IMG/VR virus record: IMGVR_UViG_3300027902_000007
DNA length: 20,000 nucleotides
Source: an uncultured virus (IMG/VR IMGVR_UViG_3300027902_000007)
Taxonomy: Duplodnaviria > Heunggongvirae > Uroviricota > Caudoviricetes
Strand: one strand, 5' to 3'
Part shown: in pieces, positions 8,627 to 17,383 of the stretch
Position numbering within the stretch: the first letter of the stretch is position 1
How the letters are laid out: every line of letters starts with the position of its first letter
The notes under the pieces: generated by a model
Told to the model about the DNA's origin: nothing
What the model saw: the letters and a program-made list of their open reading frames with translations, nothing else
The model's database searches: none
Made by a program: the position numbers and the translations under genes

Positions 8627-8809
8627 TTATTCTTTAACTTCAGCTGTAAGCTCTAGATCGGGTTTGGCAAACTTTATAACAGCAGTGGCAGTGGGACTAT
8701 CAATATCTACATGAATATCAACCGATTGCACAAGTGCAATCTTTTCACCTGATTCGGTCGTAACTTTCGTGCCGGCAGCGGTGCCGTCAGAAATGATTTT
8801 AATCTTCAT
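8627..8809 (-). CDS. Small hypothetical protein (60 aa)
   Basis: ATGA overlap with the upstream stop, AAGGAG SD; beta-rich-looking sequence, no function recognised. Confidence 0.7.
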   Translation of the reverse strand: MKIKIISDGTAAGTKVTTESGEKIALVQSVDIHVDIDSPTATAVIKFAKPDLELTAEVKE

Positions 8810-9372
8810 TCGGTCTCCTTTTCTGTTTTATCTTCAAATGCTTGTTCATCTTCGTCTAATTCAGCGTAGACAGTCTTGCTTTTAACATTTGCAGTTGGTT
8901 TTTCAAATTTCATCATGGACACGATGTTGACGAGCCGCTCACCTCGCTCTCCAAAACCTATGGCTATTGATCGTACATTCGCCGCGTCCTCTCGTTTTTT
9001 TAGATACTCGTGATATCGTCTTAAATACTCCGGATCTGTCATTACAGCTTCTTCAACCATTTTGTCAGTTGTGCGCTTACCAGTTGTCTCTGCTAACTCT
9101 AATCTATAGTGTTTGGACTGCTCCTTTACCCATATTTCAAATTGCATTTTTGCGTAATCTGCTTCATACGCGGCACGATTTGTCAGGACATTCCACCTAG
9201 CATGCAGTGCCGGATTTTCGGCCATCATGTTGCACGCCTTTTGAGGTGTTAAGACGTCAATGGACGGAATGTACAGTCTCTCATCGACGTCAACATCTAA
9301 AATCTTACCGTCAACTTTAAAACTAACTTTAAGTTCAAAGTTGTCTTTAGATTTTCCTTTTTTGCCGAACAT
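8806..9372 (-). CDS. UvsY-like recombination mediator
   Basis: Helical protein whose C-terminus (TDKMVEEAVMTDPEY...GFGERGERLVNIVSMMKFE) resembles T4 UvsY (..ADKD....AIKSRGFAIKHIQDMRAFE); adjacent to SSB and RecA. Confidence 0.65.
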   Translation of the reverse strand: MFGKKGKSKDNFELKVSFKVDGKILDVDVDERLYIPSIDVLTPQKACNMMAENPALHARWNVLTNRAAYEADYAKMQFEIWVKEQSKHYRLELAETTGKRTTDKMVEEAVMTDPEYLRRYHEYLKKREDAANVRSIAIGFGERGERLVNIVSMMKFEKPTANVKSKTVYAELDEDEQAFEDKTEKETE

Positions 9373-9408
9373 GTTTAAATTGTATGCCGAAAAGTCACAA
9401 AGTTTTAC

Positions 9409-12387
9409 CTATTCTTTCTCAAACATGTCATCATATTTTGCAAGCCGTTCTTTTTGCTGAATTGTCTTTTCATAAACATTACCAATGCAACATATGTCCA
9501 CCAGATCAACAAATACTCTGCCCATGTACTCGCTGGTTTCAGCCTCGCCAACTAATATATTGTCCATTTTAATGACGTCATCAATCCCAACTTTCTTGTA
9601 TTTGCCGAGATCGTGATCTAACAAAAACGCCTTCTTACATCGTCTGTTGTAACAGGGAATCCGAATTTTTGCGATATTAAATTTTGAATCGGTCAATATC
9701 ACATAATAATACTCATTACCGTTCTTGCTGGTTTTCTTAATAATGTCTGTTATCACGCCCCAGACTTGTCTTTTAAAATTGGCTCTTGGCTGCACTAATT
9801 TTGTCAGTAATTTAGCACCCAGACGGGTAATTTCAAGACGCTGTGGCTCCGATAACTTTGTTCGCCAATCAAGACTGTAAGCCTCAACAAACTTTTCGTG
9901 CTCAAACCGTTTATCAGTATAGTCGACATCACGTATCCACTTAGTGTCGCCTCGTATCTCTTTATAATATTTGTCCAACAAATCATTCTGCGAACCAAAT
10001 GCATCTAACGCGTGTGAGTTTATTAAGGCTGTCATTGCTGACTTTCCAATTTTCTTAATAGCGGCAGTTCTTTGCCAAAAGTCATCTGACGATGAAAATG
10101 GCTGTAACTGCGTGATGACATTTATGATCGCAGGACCGACTCCGACCACATGGCCCAGTCCAAACATGATGCTATTCTCGGCACTATGTATTGTGAACCC
10201 ATCTTTAGACCTGCTTATGTCTGCAGGTAAAATATTTATGGTCTTATTCATCGCCTCGGCAAAATAGCCCGTAAACTTTTCTTTCGGTGAATTTGTAAAT
10301 AACACAACAAAAAATTCGAGGGGATAATAGACTTTAAACCACATCATCTGGTAACTCAAAATTGTGTATGCTACAGCATGGCTTTTGTTAAATCCATACC
10401 TAGCAAATGCGACGCAGCTTTGCCACCAAGACTCCGCTATGTCTTCTGTCAAACCATTTTTTTCAAATCCTTTAATAAACATGTCGTGAATCTTTTTTCG
10501 CTCCTTGACCGACTTATCCCTAGCATCAGTGTCTCTAATTGACTTCATCAAATTTTTTCTCACTGTGTCTGTCAAATCCAATGGAAATCCGGCAACCATA
10601 TTGCAAAGCCTCATCACATCTTCCTGGTAAACAAGAATGCCATAACTTTCTTTAAGGCATTTTTCAATCACAGGCGAACCAAAATTGAATCCCTTTCCCT
10701 GTTTGCGAGCAGTGTATTCATGATGCATGCCCATATCAAGCGGCCCCGGCCGACCCAACGCTGTTGTCGTCGTAATGTCAGCAAACGTTGTCGGCTTAAT
10801 TTCTTTAAGAAGCGTTTTCATTAAATTACTATTGTGAACCACAAATCCATTTGCGACGTAATTGTGATGTTGCTCATGTCCAAATCCAATGTCAAACACT
10901 TCTTTCTCTCCGACTAATTGAATATGTTTAACTGTAACAAATTTATACCGCTGCTTATAAAATTTAAACTTGCCCAACACTTGACTAGTGCATTTACGAG
11001 CAGTACAATGTTTACACCTATCACTTACACCCGGATCGTCAATTGTCATATTTTGCGCTTCACAATAATACTGTGTTCGACATCGTTCCTGATCAATCAA
11101 AACTTTGTCTCCGACAACAATGTCTTGCAATTTTAGCCACCCTCGCTTAGTATAGTATTCATGCAACATTGTACTCTCTAAGCACATATTATCTTTGCTA
11201 ACAACAATCCTATAAACCGTCGCAACTTTCTTCTTCATTGCCGCAATTGTCTGCCTTATTTTACACTGCCTTTTAATATTTACACAACCGATTTTATTGA
11301 CAGACTTTGAATCTTTTGTAAACTTATTGTATAACTCACGCACACGATAATTGCCGATCCACGAATCACCGCTGATGCACTCAAATTGAAATACCCCATT
11401 AGTGTCTGCTTCCCTAAATTTTTCATAAATTTTATCATTGCCGTCCAGGGGTAACAACGACGAAAACTCCTCATATAAAAGAGACGTGTATTGGCCGTGA
11501 TCAATTGACTCGATATCAAAATCGGCATTCTTATTATAAGCCTTTCTCGACCTGATGAGCTCTAATATTTCTTTAATGATTGTCAACGTCTTTAATCCCA
11601 AGATGTCAAATTTAATAAAACCTGAAGACTGTAAATCTTTTCTAAAAATACCATCAACCCAACTTGTTATAAGTTCATTTTTGTGCCTCATTAATGGGAT
11701 TGATTCATCTATTTTACCCGGAGTGGCGACTACACCTGCAGGATGCTTCGTCAAATGTCTTAGTTGACCTTTTAATTTAAAAATAATATCACGGACTTCA
11801 GGATGACGTTCAAAATACTTCCTCAACTCATACAACGCAGGCACAAAATTTTCATCTCCAGGCTCTAATGCAATTGCAGCATCAAATTCTTCTTCAGTTA
11901 AAGCATCGACTTCGTCACTAAGATTTTTTGCAATCTCATTTGTGTCGTGAATATCTACATCAAATATCCTTGCGACGTCTCTAATAACCATCTTCATTTT
12001 CATCTGACCATAAGAGCCGATCGGCGCAACATGGTCACTTCCGTACTTATTAATGAAGTACTTAACGACCTGTTCACGTTCGTTAATGCTAAAATCTGAA
12101 TCAATATCGGGAAACGACGAGAGTTTTTTAACAGCAAGATCAATATTAGTTGCAATAGGATCTATTTTTGACACACCTAACAAATAATACACTAATGACC
12201 CGTGTTTTTCAATTGTAATAGCAGCTTTTATTAATTTTATGACGTAGTCTGTCAAATCTTGTACATCGATATTCGTCAATTCACGTTCGAGTCTGAGAAC
12301 ATACCTAGAATCTTTTTCGAGACCTAAATCTTTAAGCCTTTTCTCACACAAATATTGAATGTAATTTAGCTTCGTTAAATTTGCCAT
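9409..12387 (-). CDS. dnaE: DNA polymerase III alpha (DnaE), C-terminal part: catalytic palm, thumb, fingers, HhH, OB; contains an intein
   Basis: FPDIDSDF, KHPAGVV, IKFDILGLKTL, GVFQFE/S, ALGRPGPL, YGILVYQEDVM, YGFNKSHAVAY, PADISRS, FGLGHVVGVG; no PHP domain. Confidence 0.93.
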   Translation of the reverse strand: MANLTKLNYIQYLCEKRLKDLGLEKDSRYVLRLERELTNIDVQDLTDYVIKLIKAAITIEKHGSLVYYLLGVSKIDPIATNIDLAVKKLSSFPDIDSDFSINEREQVVKYFINKYGSDHVAPIGSYGQMKMKMVIRDVARIFDVDIHDTNEIAKNLSDEVDALTEEEFDAAIALEPGDENFVPALYELRKYFERHPEVRDIIFKLKGQLRHLTKHPAGVVATPGKIDESIPLMRHKNELITSWVDGIFRKDLQSSGFIKFDILGLKTLTIIKEILELIRSRKAYNKNADFDIESIDHGQYTSLLYEEFSSLLPLDGNDKIYEKFREADTNGVFQFECISGDSWIGNYRVRELYNKFTKDSKSVNKIGCVNIKRQCKIRQTIAAMKKKVATVYRIVVSKDNMCLESTMLHEYYTKRGWLKLQDIVVGDKVLIDQERCRTQYYCEAQNMTIDDPGVSDRCKHCTARKCTSQVLGKFKFYKQRYKFVTVKHIQLVGEKEVFDIGFGHEQHHNYVANGFVVHNSNLMKTLLKEIKPTTFADITTTTALGRPGPLDMGMHHEYTARKQGKGFNFGSPVIEKCLKESYGILVYQEDVMRLCNMVAGFPLDLTDTVRKNLMKSIRDTDARDKSVKERKKIHDMFIKGFEKNGLTEDIAESWWQSCVAFARYGFNKSHAVAYTILSYQMMWFKVYYPLEFFVVLFTNSPKEKFTGYFAEAMNKTINILPADISRSKDGFTIHSAENSIMFGLGHVVGVGPAIINVITQLQPFSSSDDFWQRTAAIKKIGKSAMTALINSHALDAFGSQNDLLDKYYKEIRGDTKWIRDVDYTDKRFEHEKFVEAYSLDWRTKLSEPQRLEITRLGAKLLTKLVQPRANFKRQVWGVITDIIKKTSKNGNEYYYVILTDSKFNIAKIRIPCYNRRCKKAFLLDHDLGKYKKVGIDDVIKMDNILVGEAETSEYMGRVFVDLVDICCIGNVYEKTIQQKERLAKYDDMFEKE
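10831..11379 (-). mobile_element. Mini-intein (183 aa) in DnaE
   Basis: In-frame insertion GVFQFE|CISGDSWI...ESTMLHEYYT (block B TxxH)...VFDIG...HNYVANGFVVHN|SNLM; residues 337-519; no homing endonuclease motif. Confidence 0.92.
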
Positions 12388-12704
12388 TTTTTCACCTTTA
12401 TTCTTCTCGACTTGATCTTTGTCAAATCGACGTCATTCCCAAATTCATCAGGATCAAAAACAAAAACTTTATTGTCCTCAAAAAAATTGCCGTCGATGTC
12501 ATATTTGTTTAACTCACGAATGACCGTCGCCTGATCTGTGCCGCCCTGTAAAAAATTCACTAATGATTCAAAGTTTTCGATCAACTGTGCGTTGATGAAG
12601 AACTTCATCAAATACTCAAACCAAAAATTAGACCGCCTAATGCCTGTGGCTGCCAGTATGTCGGTTAATGTGATTGACTTATTAACTAAAAAAAGATTCA
12701 TCAT
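12375..12704 (-). CDS. Hypothetical protein (109 aa) between the two dnaE halves
   Basis: ATGA overlap with the upstream ORF; overlaps the dnaE-C start by 13 nt. Confidence 0.7.
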   Translation of the reverse strand: MMNLFLVNKSITLTDILAATGIRRSNFWFEYLMKFFINAQLIENFESLVNFLQGGTDQATVIRELNKYDIDGNFFEDNKVFVFDPDEFGNDVDLTKIKSRRIKVKKWQI

Positions 12705-13081
12705 CTGGGACCAAACCCCTGCATGGGTAACATTTGCGTTCGCGCGATTTGCATATTTATAGCTTCTTTTTGACGCATGACTGCTCTTTCCTCCTCATCT
12801 TTATCCCTAACCGACTTAATTGTGTTATCCTTAATCTCCATTTGAATGTACTGCGCCTCTGGAGGATAGAATAGCAAATTTTCTGGTCGCAGTCTCAATA
12901 TCAATCCGTAGCTGCCAACAAGATTTTCAGCGTCTGTTCCGTTGTCTAGAATAAAATTAAATTTATCTGCACTTTTCTCAACCACAGGAAAGTAAATTTT
13001 AAATAAATGACAATCACCATCCACTCCCAAATATTGAAAAACTGGCGATTTAACTTCTCGCATATTAACCTCATTCTTCAA
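12701..13081 (-). CDS. Hypothetical protein (126 aa or slightly shorter) between the two dnaE halves
   Basis: Begins at the end of dnaE-N (an internal ATG after GAGG, MREVK, is an alternative start); no recognised motif. Confidence 0.7.
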   Translation of the reverse strand: MKNEVNMREVKSPVFQYLGVDGDCHLFKIYFPVVEKSADKFNFILDNGTDAENLVGSYGLILRLRPENLLFYPPEAQYIQMEIKDNTIKSVRDKDEEERAVMRQKEAINMQIARTQMLPMQGFGPR

Positions 13082-14948
13082 AATTTATTAGACGTTCGTT
13101 CTCAAACCAACGATTAAAATCATCCTCGTCAAAAGTCAAATCTCTTAAACTGTCTTCATCAATTTTGACGTCAGGTATTGACATGTCGTACATTGCCATA
13201 CTTCTAGACATGCTTAAGAATCTTTCAAAAAGTAATTCGTGCTTGATCGGGTCTATGTTCGTCACGTCAAGAAGGTAGCAGACTAACGATCCAGCGGCAG
13301 ACCCCCTGCCTGCGCCGACGAGCACATTATTCTTCTTCGCATACTTGATGTAATCCGCAACAATGACAAAATAATCTGCCATCTCCGTCCGCCGTATGAC
13401 GCTCAATTCATACTTAACCCTTTTTGCGTAGACGCTGTTAGGTTCATACCAGCTATCTTCTGCCTTACGTTGCCAACCCTCCTTGACCATCTCTACCATG
13501 TATTCATAACTAGTCTTTCCCTCAAATTCAAGTTTTGGCAATTTTTCTTTTGAGTCCCAATCCCACAATTCAACCTTCTTGGCAACTTCAAGTGTATTAT
13601 CTAGGGCATCTACAAAGTCCTCAGGGCTTATATACTTATAATGACCTTGATCAATATAAGAATCAATCATTTGGTGACGGTCTTTAAACCAGAAGTCTTT
13701 TGTTGAGAACTCCCACACTGTGCGAAACCTCTTTTTACCAGTGACAATGTCAGTCACTTCATCTAATGTTATCGCCATTTTATTTTTTGTGGTATCGGCA
13801 GTGGGCCTAAATTCATTAAACCTATCTAGCTCAATAAAATCATTATAGACTCTTTTAATGTGGGGTAATGATTTGTCTTCACCGACCGCTGCCAATATTT
13901 CAGCCGTCGCCGACATCCTCTTCTTATCCCTCATCGTCACCTGCTCACCTTCGTCCTTTGAACCGAGCATCAGTGATATTTCCTGAGCTTTAGCCCCGTC
14001 AACGTCAAGGTAATGGACGTCATTTGTAACTATCACCTTAGCATTAATCCGCTTCGCTGTTTCAATTAAAATTTTATTTGACCGACGTTGTCTATCAAGG
14101 TCTATCAGCATTATTTCAATGTAAAAGTCGTCCGCAAATTCTCTTACGAACCTCTCCGCAGCTTTTATGGCAGCATTCACAGCCTCTTCATCGTCCTCAC
14201 AATGTCTTATCGCACTATTTAGGGGCCCTGCAAGACATGCAGTAGTGACAATTATGCCTTCCTTATTTGCAGTCAAATAGTCAAACGACGTCCGCGGTCG
14301 ATAATAGAAGCCCTCACGAGCAGCATTGCTTACAATTTTAGTTATGTTTCGTCGTCCCAGCTCATTTTTTGCAAGGAGGACGATGTGCTGATTGTACTTT
14401 AAGCTCTCGCGCTCCTTTGACATTGCGTCTTGCTTCTGCTGCATCCTTGATAATTCCTCTTCAAAAATTTCACGAGCTTCTGAATAATCTAGCGCGGCTA
14501 TGTCCTCAAATTGTGCATTTGGCATTTTTAACAGTGCCTTTATGTATTCAAGATTTGTAGTTATGTGCTGTCTATTAATCTTCCTGTGCCTGACACCCGA
14601 TTTTAATATTTTAATAACATTTTCTAACTCGTCAATTTTAATTTCTAATTCTTTAACTTCTAATCTGCGATCTTGCATATACGCCTCAACACCGACAATA
14701 GGCTTAAGGCTATTTGACCTACAGTACATAAAAAATGACGGATGTGCGCCAATACTCCCGTGGTCAGTTATTGCCAACGACGTCATGCCTATCTCAATGG
14801 CTCGCTTTGCATACTGCGTGGGCTTGCCAATGCCGTCCTTTAATGAAAAATCGCTGTGCAAGTGCAGATGGACAAAGTCTTTTTTCTCGCCCGTCGCGTA
14901 TAGTTTTTGTCTCAGTTCTTCCTTGTCAATCACGGGTAAGTTCTCCAA
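13071..14948 (-). CDS. dnaE: DNA polymerase III alpha (DnaE), N-terminal part: PHP domain plus first palm segment
   Basis: FVHLHLHSDFSLKDG, AITDHG, PIVGVEAY, HIVLLAKN, FYYRPR, TACLAG, TNDVHY, GRGSAAGSLVCYLL, IDPI..LLFERFL; ends before an intact PDIDxD. True start may be GTG at 14933 (GTGA overlap with ung stop, GGAG upstream). Confidence 0.93.
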   Translation of the reverse strand: MENLPVIDKEELRQKLYATGEKKDFVHLHLHSDFSLKDGIGKPTQYAKRAIEIGMTSLAITDHGSIGAHPSFFMYCRSNSLKPIVGVEAYMQDRRLEVKELEIKIDELENVIKILKSGVRHRKINRQHITTNLEYIKALLKMPNAQFEDIAALDYSEAREIFEEELSRMQQKQDAMSKERESLKYNQHIVLLAKNELGRRNITKIVSNAAREGFYYRPRTSFDYLTANKEGIIVTTACLAGPLNSAIRHCEDDEEAVNAAIKAAERFVREFADDFYIEIMLIDLDRQRRSNKILIETAKRINAKVIVTNDVHYLDVDGAKAQEISLMLGSKDEGEQVTMRDKKRMSATAEILAAVGEDKSLPHIKRVYNDFIELDRFNEFRPTADTTKNKMAITLDEVTDIVTGKKRFRTVWEFSTKDFWFKDRHQMIDSYIDQGHYKYISPEDFVDALDNTLEVAKKVELWDWDSKEKLPKLEFEGKTSYEYMVEMVKEGWQRKAEDSWYEPNSVYAKRVKYELSVIRRTEMADYFVIVADYIKYAKKNNVLVGAGRGSAAGSLVCYLLDVTNIDPIKHELLFERFLSMSRSMAMYDMSIPDVKIDEDSLRDLTFDEDDFNRWFENERLINFEE

Positions 14949-15607
14949 TCAACAGGATCTTTATTTAAAAAACCCTGCAATAATTTATTAACCTGCGAAA
15001 AATGTTTACAACCAAAAAAATCTTCTGCCGATAACGGTGACGGATGATTGGCTTTCAAAATATAATTACCGTCAGCGATAAAAGATTCCTTTCGTTGTGC
15101 CTGCCGTCCCCATAATAGAAAAATAATCGGCCTGTTATTCCTTGAAATTTGCTCAATGACTTTATTAGTAAAAATTGACCAACCTGTGTGAGCGTGTGAC
15201 ATTGGCTTGTGTGCCTCAACAGTCAGGCATGTATTTAGTAAGAGCACGCCCTGCCTTGCCCATGGAGTCAAGTCAGTCGACACATTTGTAATGTCTAAGT
15301 CTTGTTTTAATTCTATAAAAATATTTCTCAAGCTTGGTGGTTTTTTAATTCCCGTGGGCACTGAAAAACACAAACCATGTGCCTGTCCGTCGTCGTGGTA
15401 TGGATCCTGGCCTAAAATGACGACTTTGAGCTTTTCAAAGGGACACTGGTTAAAGGCATTAAAAATTAGATCGTACGGAGGAAATACTGTACCCGTCCCA
15501 TATTCGCCCTGAATAAATTTCTCCATTTTAACAAAGTACGGTTTTGAATATTCGTCCTTTAAGAGTCTGGACCACGACCGATCTAACATGTCTTTAAACG
15601 ATTTCAT
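14930..15607 (-). CDS. ung: Uracil-DNA glycosylase, family 1
   Basis: VVILGQDPYH, AHGLCFSV, PPSLRNI, WARQGVLLLN, LLWG, HPSPLS motifs. Confidence 0.97.
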   Translation of the reverse strand: MKSFKDMLDRSWSRLLKDEYSKPYFVKMEKFIQGEYGTGTVFPPYDLIFNAFNQCPFEKLKVVILGQDPYHDDGQAHGLCFSVPTGIKKPPSLRNIFIELKQDLDITNVSTDLTPWARQGVLLLNTCLTVEAHKPMSHAHTGWSIFTNKVIEQISRNNRPIIFLLWGRQAQRKESFIADGNYILKANHPSPLSAEDFFGCKHFSQVNKLLQGFLNKDPVDWRTYP

Positions 15608-15625
15608 AATGTGTCGTTTTCTAGA

Positions 15626-16669
15626 TTAACCGACCCAAGGTTTAAAATTCGACAAATCAATACGATTCTTAAACAACTCCTCTGCCCTCTCAAATACTTT
15701 AATTGGAATCTTGACGGGTTCGTTTTCTTCAAAGAACAAAAATGCTGCTAAATAAGCAAACACGTGACGATAATAAACAGAAACTCCTCTTTCGCCGTCA
15801 TTAAATCTATCACTATTCACTGTAATCTTTTTATTGAAATCTAATAGTCCTTTAAATTGGTGGTCTCTAATTGAAGACAAACTCACATTCTCTATTTTTC
15901 CTAAACATTTTATATTTGATTGAGAAGAAGACATGGTAAAAACGTGATCGTTGCCGAACCCAATTCTTCTTTTAACGACATCTAAAAAATCTTGTCTGAA
16001 ACTATCAAAATCACAATCGTCGCCACAACTCCAGGGCTTGTACCAAATCATCTTCTTGGGACTTTTCTTTACTTTTATAACCTTAAAAGATTTTTCATAA
16101 TCACTTTTATCCTGCTCATATTGTAGTTTATATCCTTTTCCTAAATAAACAGAAGTGTTCCCATTTAGAGATTGATAAACTCCTCCTATAACAAGTTCAT
16201 CATCTGAGATTCTCTTACCTGTTCTCTCTGCGTCACGTTTTGTAGCCTCTTTATAAACGTCTCCTTCAATATACATCAATTTCATTTGAGAACCCACTAA
16301 AACAAATTTGAAAGGACCTTTTAACAATCCACCCTTACCTATACCCTGATGTTCAATGACGTCCATCAAAATGTTTTCTCGCAAATCAAATCTAAGCTTA
16401 TTGTTATCAAGTTCTAAAATGACTTTATACGCGCGACCACCCTCACCCCTTTGTTCTAAATCCGTAATTGTTAGGTTCTCAAACTTCTCATTTGGGACAA
16501 AAAATTGTTTATACGCACAAGTTCTCCAACATTTAGCCCAATCGATAGCTCTTTTTAAAGTTTTGTCATTCCCCTTTTCAACAGGAAATGCATCCATTAT
16601 ATCATCATCAGAATCTTTGTCAATTCTACACACAAAAATCATACTTTCTGGAATTTTAATAATTACCAT
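15626..16669 (-). CDS. Hypothetical phage protein (347 aa)
   Basis: Long co-oriented ORF with SD AAGGA; contains RGEGGRAYKV...FDLRE; function not recognised. Confidence 0.8.
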   Translation of the reverse strand: MVIIKIPESMIFVCRIDKDSDDDIMDAFPVEKGNDKTLKRAIDWAKCWRTCAYKQFFVPNEKFENLTITDLEQRGEGGRAYKVILELDNNKLRFDLRENILMDVIEHQGIGKGGLLKGPFKFVLVGSQMKLMYIEGDVYKEATKRDAERTGKRISDDELVIGGVYQSLNGNTSVYLGKGYKLQYEQDKSDYEKSFKVIKVKKSPKKMIWYKPWSCGDDCDFDSFRQDFLDVVKRRIGFGNDHVFTMSSSQSNIKCLGKIENVSLSSIRDHQFKGLLDFNKKITVNSDRFNDGERGVSVYYRHVFAYLAAFLFFEENEPVKIPIKVFERAEELFKNRIDLSNFKPWVG

Positions 16670-16690
16670 AAAATATCCTTTCTTTAAAAT

Positions 16691-17383
16691 TTATTCTTTC
16701 CAATAACAATATATGCAACTGTGAGCACACTGCTTTCTACTTGTCAATAACTCTTTTTTATTTGCTAAACAGGCACAATATTGCCGCTGACCCTTCGCGA
16801 TGTCTATGGGCTCCACGTTTAAAATCTTACAATCAATCTCTGACACACATCCGGTACACTTAAAATCAGGCTCACCGCAAATTTCAGGCTCGCCCAGCTG
16901 AGACCAGGCATCCTTTCTTAATTCAAGAGGCGCATGAAAACTAGTCCATGGTAGTGAAAAGCCTCTTTGTATTACGTGTGGATACTGGTCAATAAATGAT
17001 ATTCGCACCCGTGTGTGAACTTGCACTCTTGCTTTTCCAAGTATCATTTTTGCTGTTTCAATGCCTGATTTAGTCGGTATAATCGGATCAATTCGTAATA
17101 CTACTCTATCTTCAGAAAAATAATTACATAAATCTCTATATCCCGCTAAAGTGTACGCATATCCCGGAACATTTGGTTCGATCGCTGTGCCCCCGTACCC
17201 CGTTATGGTCGCATGCACGATCACGTTAAACTTTTGCGAGTCTTTTATTCTCGTCAGCATGTCATATAATGCCGTAGGATCTTTTGTAATTATGATCGCC
17301 GGCTTGCCGTCTCTGACCCATGGCAGCCAATTAAGGTCAAAGACTGGGTCGCCCCGTTCTGTCACACCGATAATGTTATTCAT
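16691..17383 (-). CDS. DUF1848-like (spore-photoproduct-lyase-related) radical-SAM protein with C-terminal CxxxCxxC
   Basis: ITKDP, TITGYGGTAIEPNVP, VVLRIDPII, ISFID, GC, QRxxCxC and terminal CAHSCIYCYW, the pattern of DUF1848. Start placed at ATG 17383 (GGTGA SD, overlaps the upstream stop). Confidence 0.75.
   Translation of the reverse strand: MNNIIGVTERGDPVFDLNWLPWVRDGKPAIIITKDPTALYDMLTRIKDSQKFNVIVHATITGYGGTAIEPNVPGYAYTLAGYRDLCNYFSEDRVVLRIDPIIPTKSGIETAKMILGKARVQVHTRVRISFIDQYPHVIQRGFSLPWTSFHAPLELRKDAWSQLGEPEICGEPDFKCTGCVSEIDCKILNVEPIDIAKGQRQYCACLANKKELLTSRKQCAHSCIYCYWKE

Noticed and set aside
13060..13081. Stop-codon reassignment or readthrough fusing the dnaE halves
   Set aside because: The dnaE-N TGA is followed by GGT TAA in frame, and TAA, TAG and TGA all terminate well-defined genes in this window, consistent with the standard code.
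12300..13200. Split intein joining DnaE-N and DnaE-C
   Set aside because: DnaE-N has no Cys/Ser-initiated Hint N-fragment at its end, and DnaE-C has no HN-C/S fragment at its start; the only intein is contiguous and internal.
1..15607. Uracil-substituted (PBS1-like) genome
   Set aside because: Intact-looking dUTPase and family 1 UNG both act to exclude uracil from DNA.
15584..15607. UNG N-terminus MKSFKDML as a third capsid-targeting sequence
   Set aside because: It resembles MKTFKEF only loosely and lacks the EF-x-x-EA cleavage motif seen in the other two proteins.
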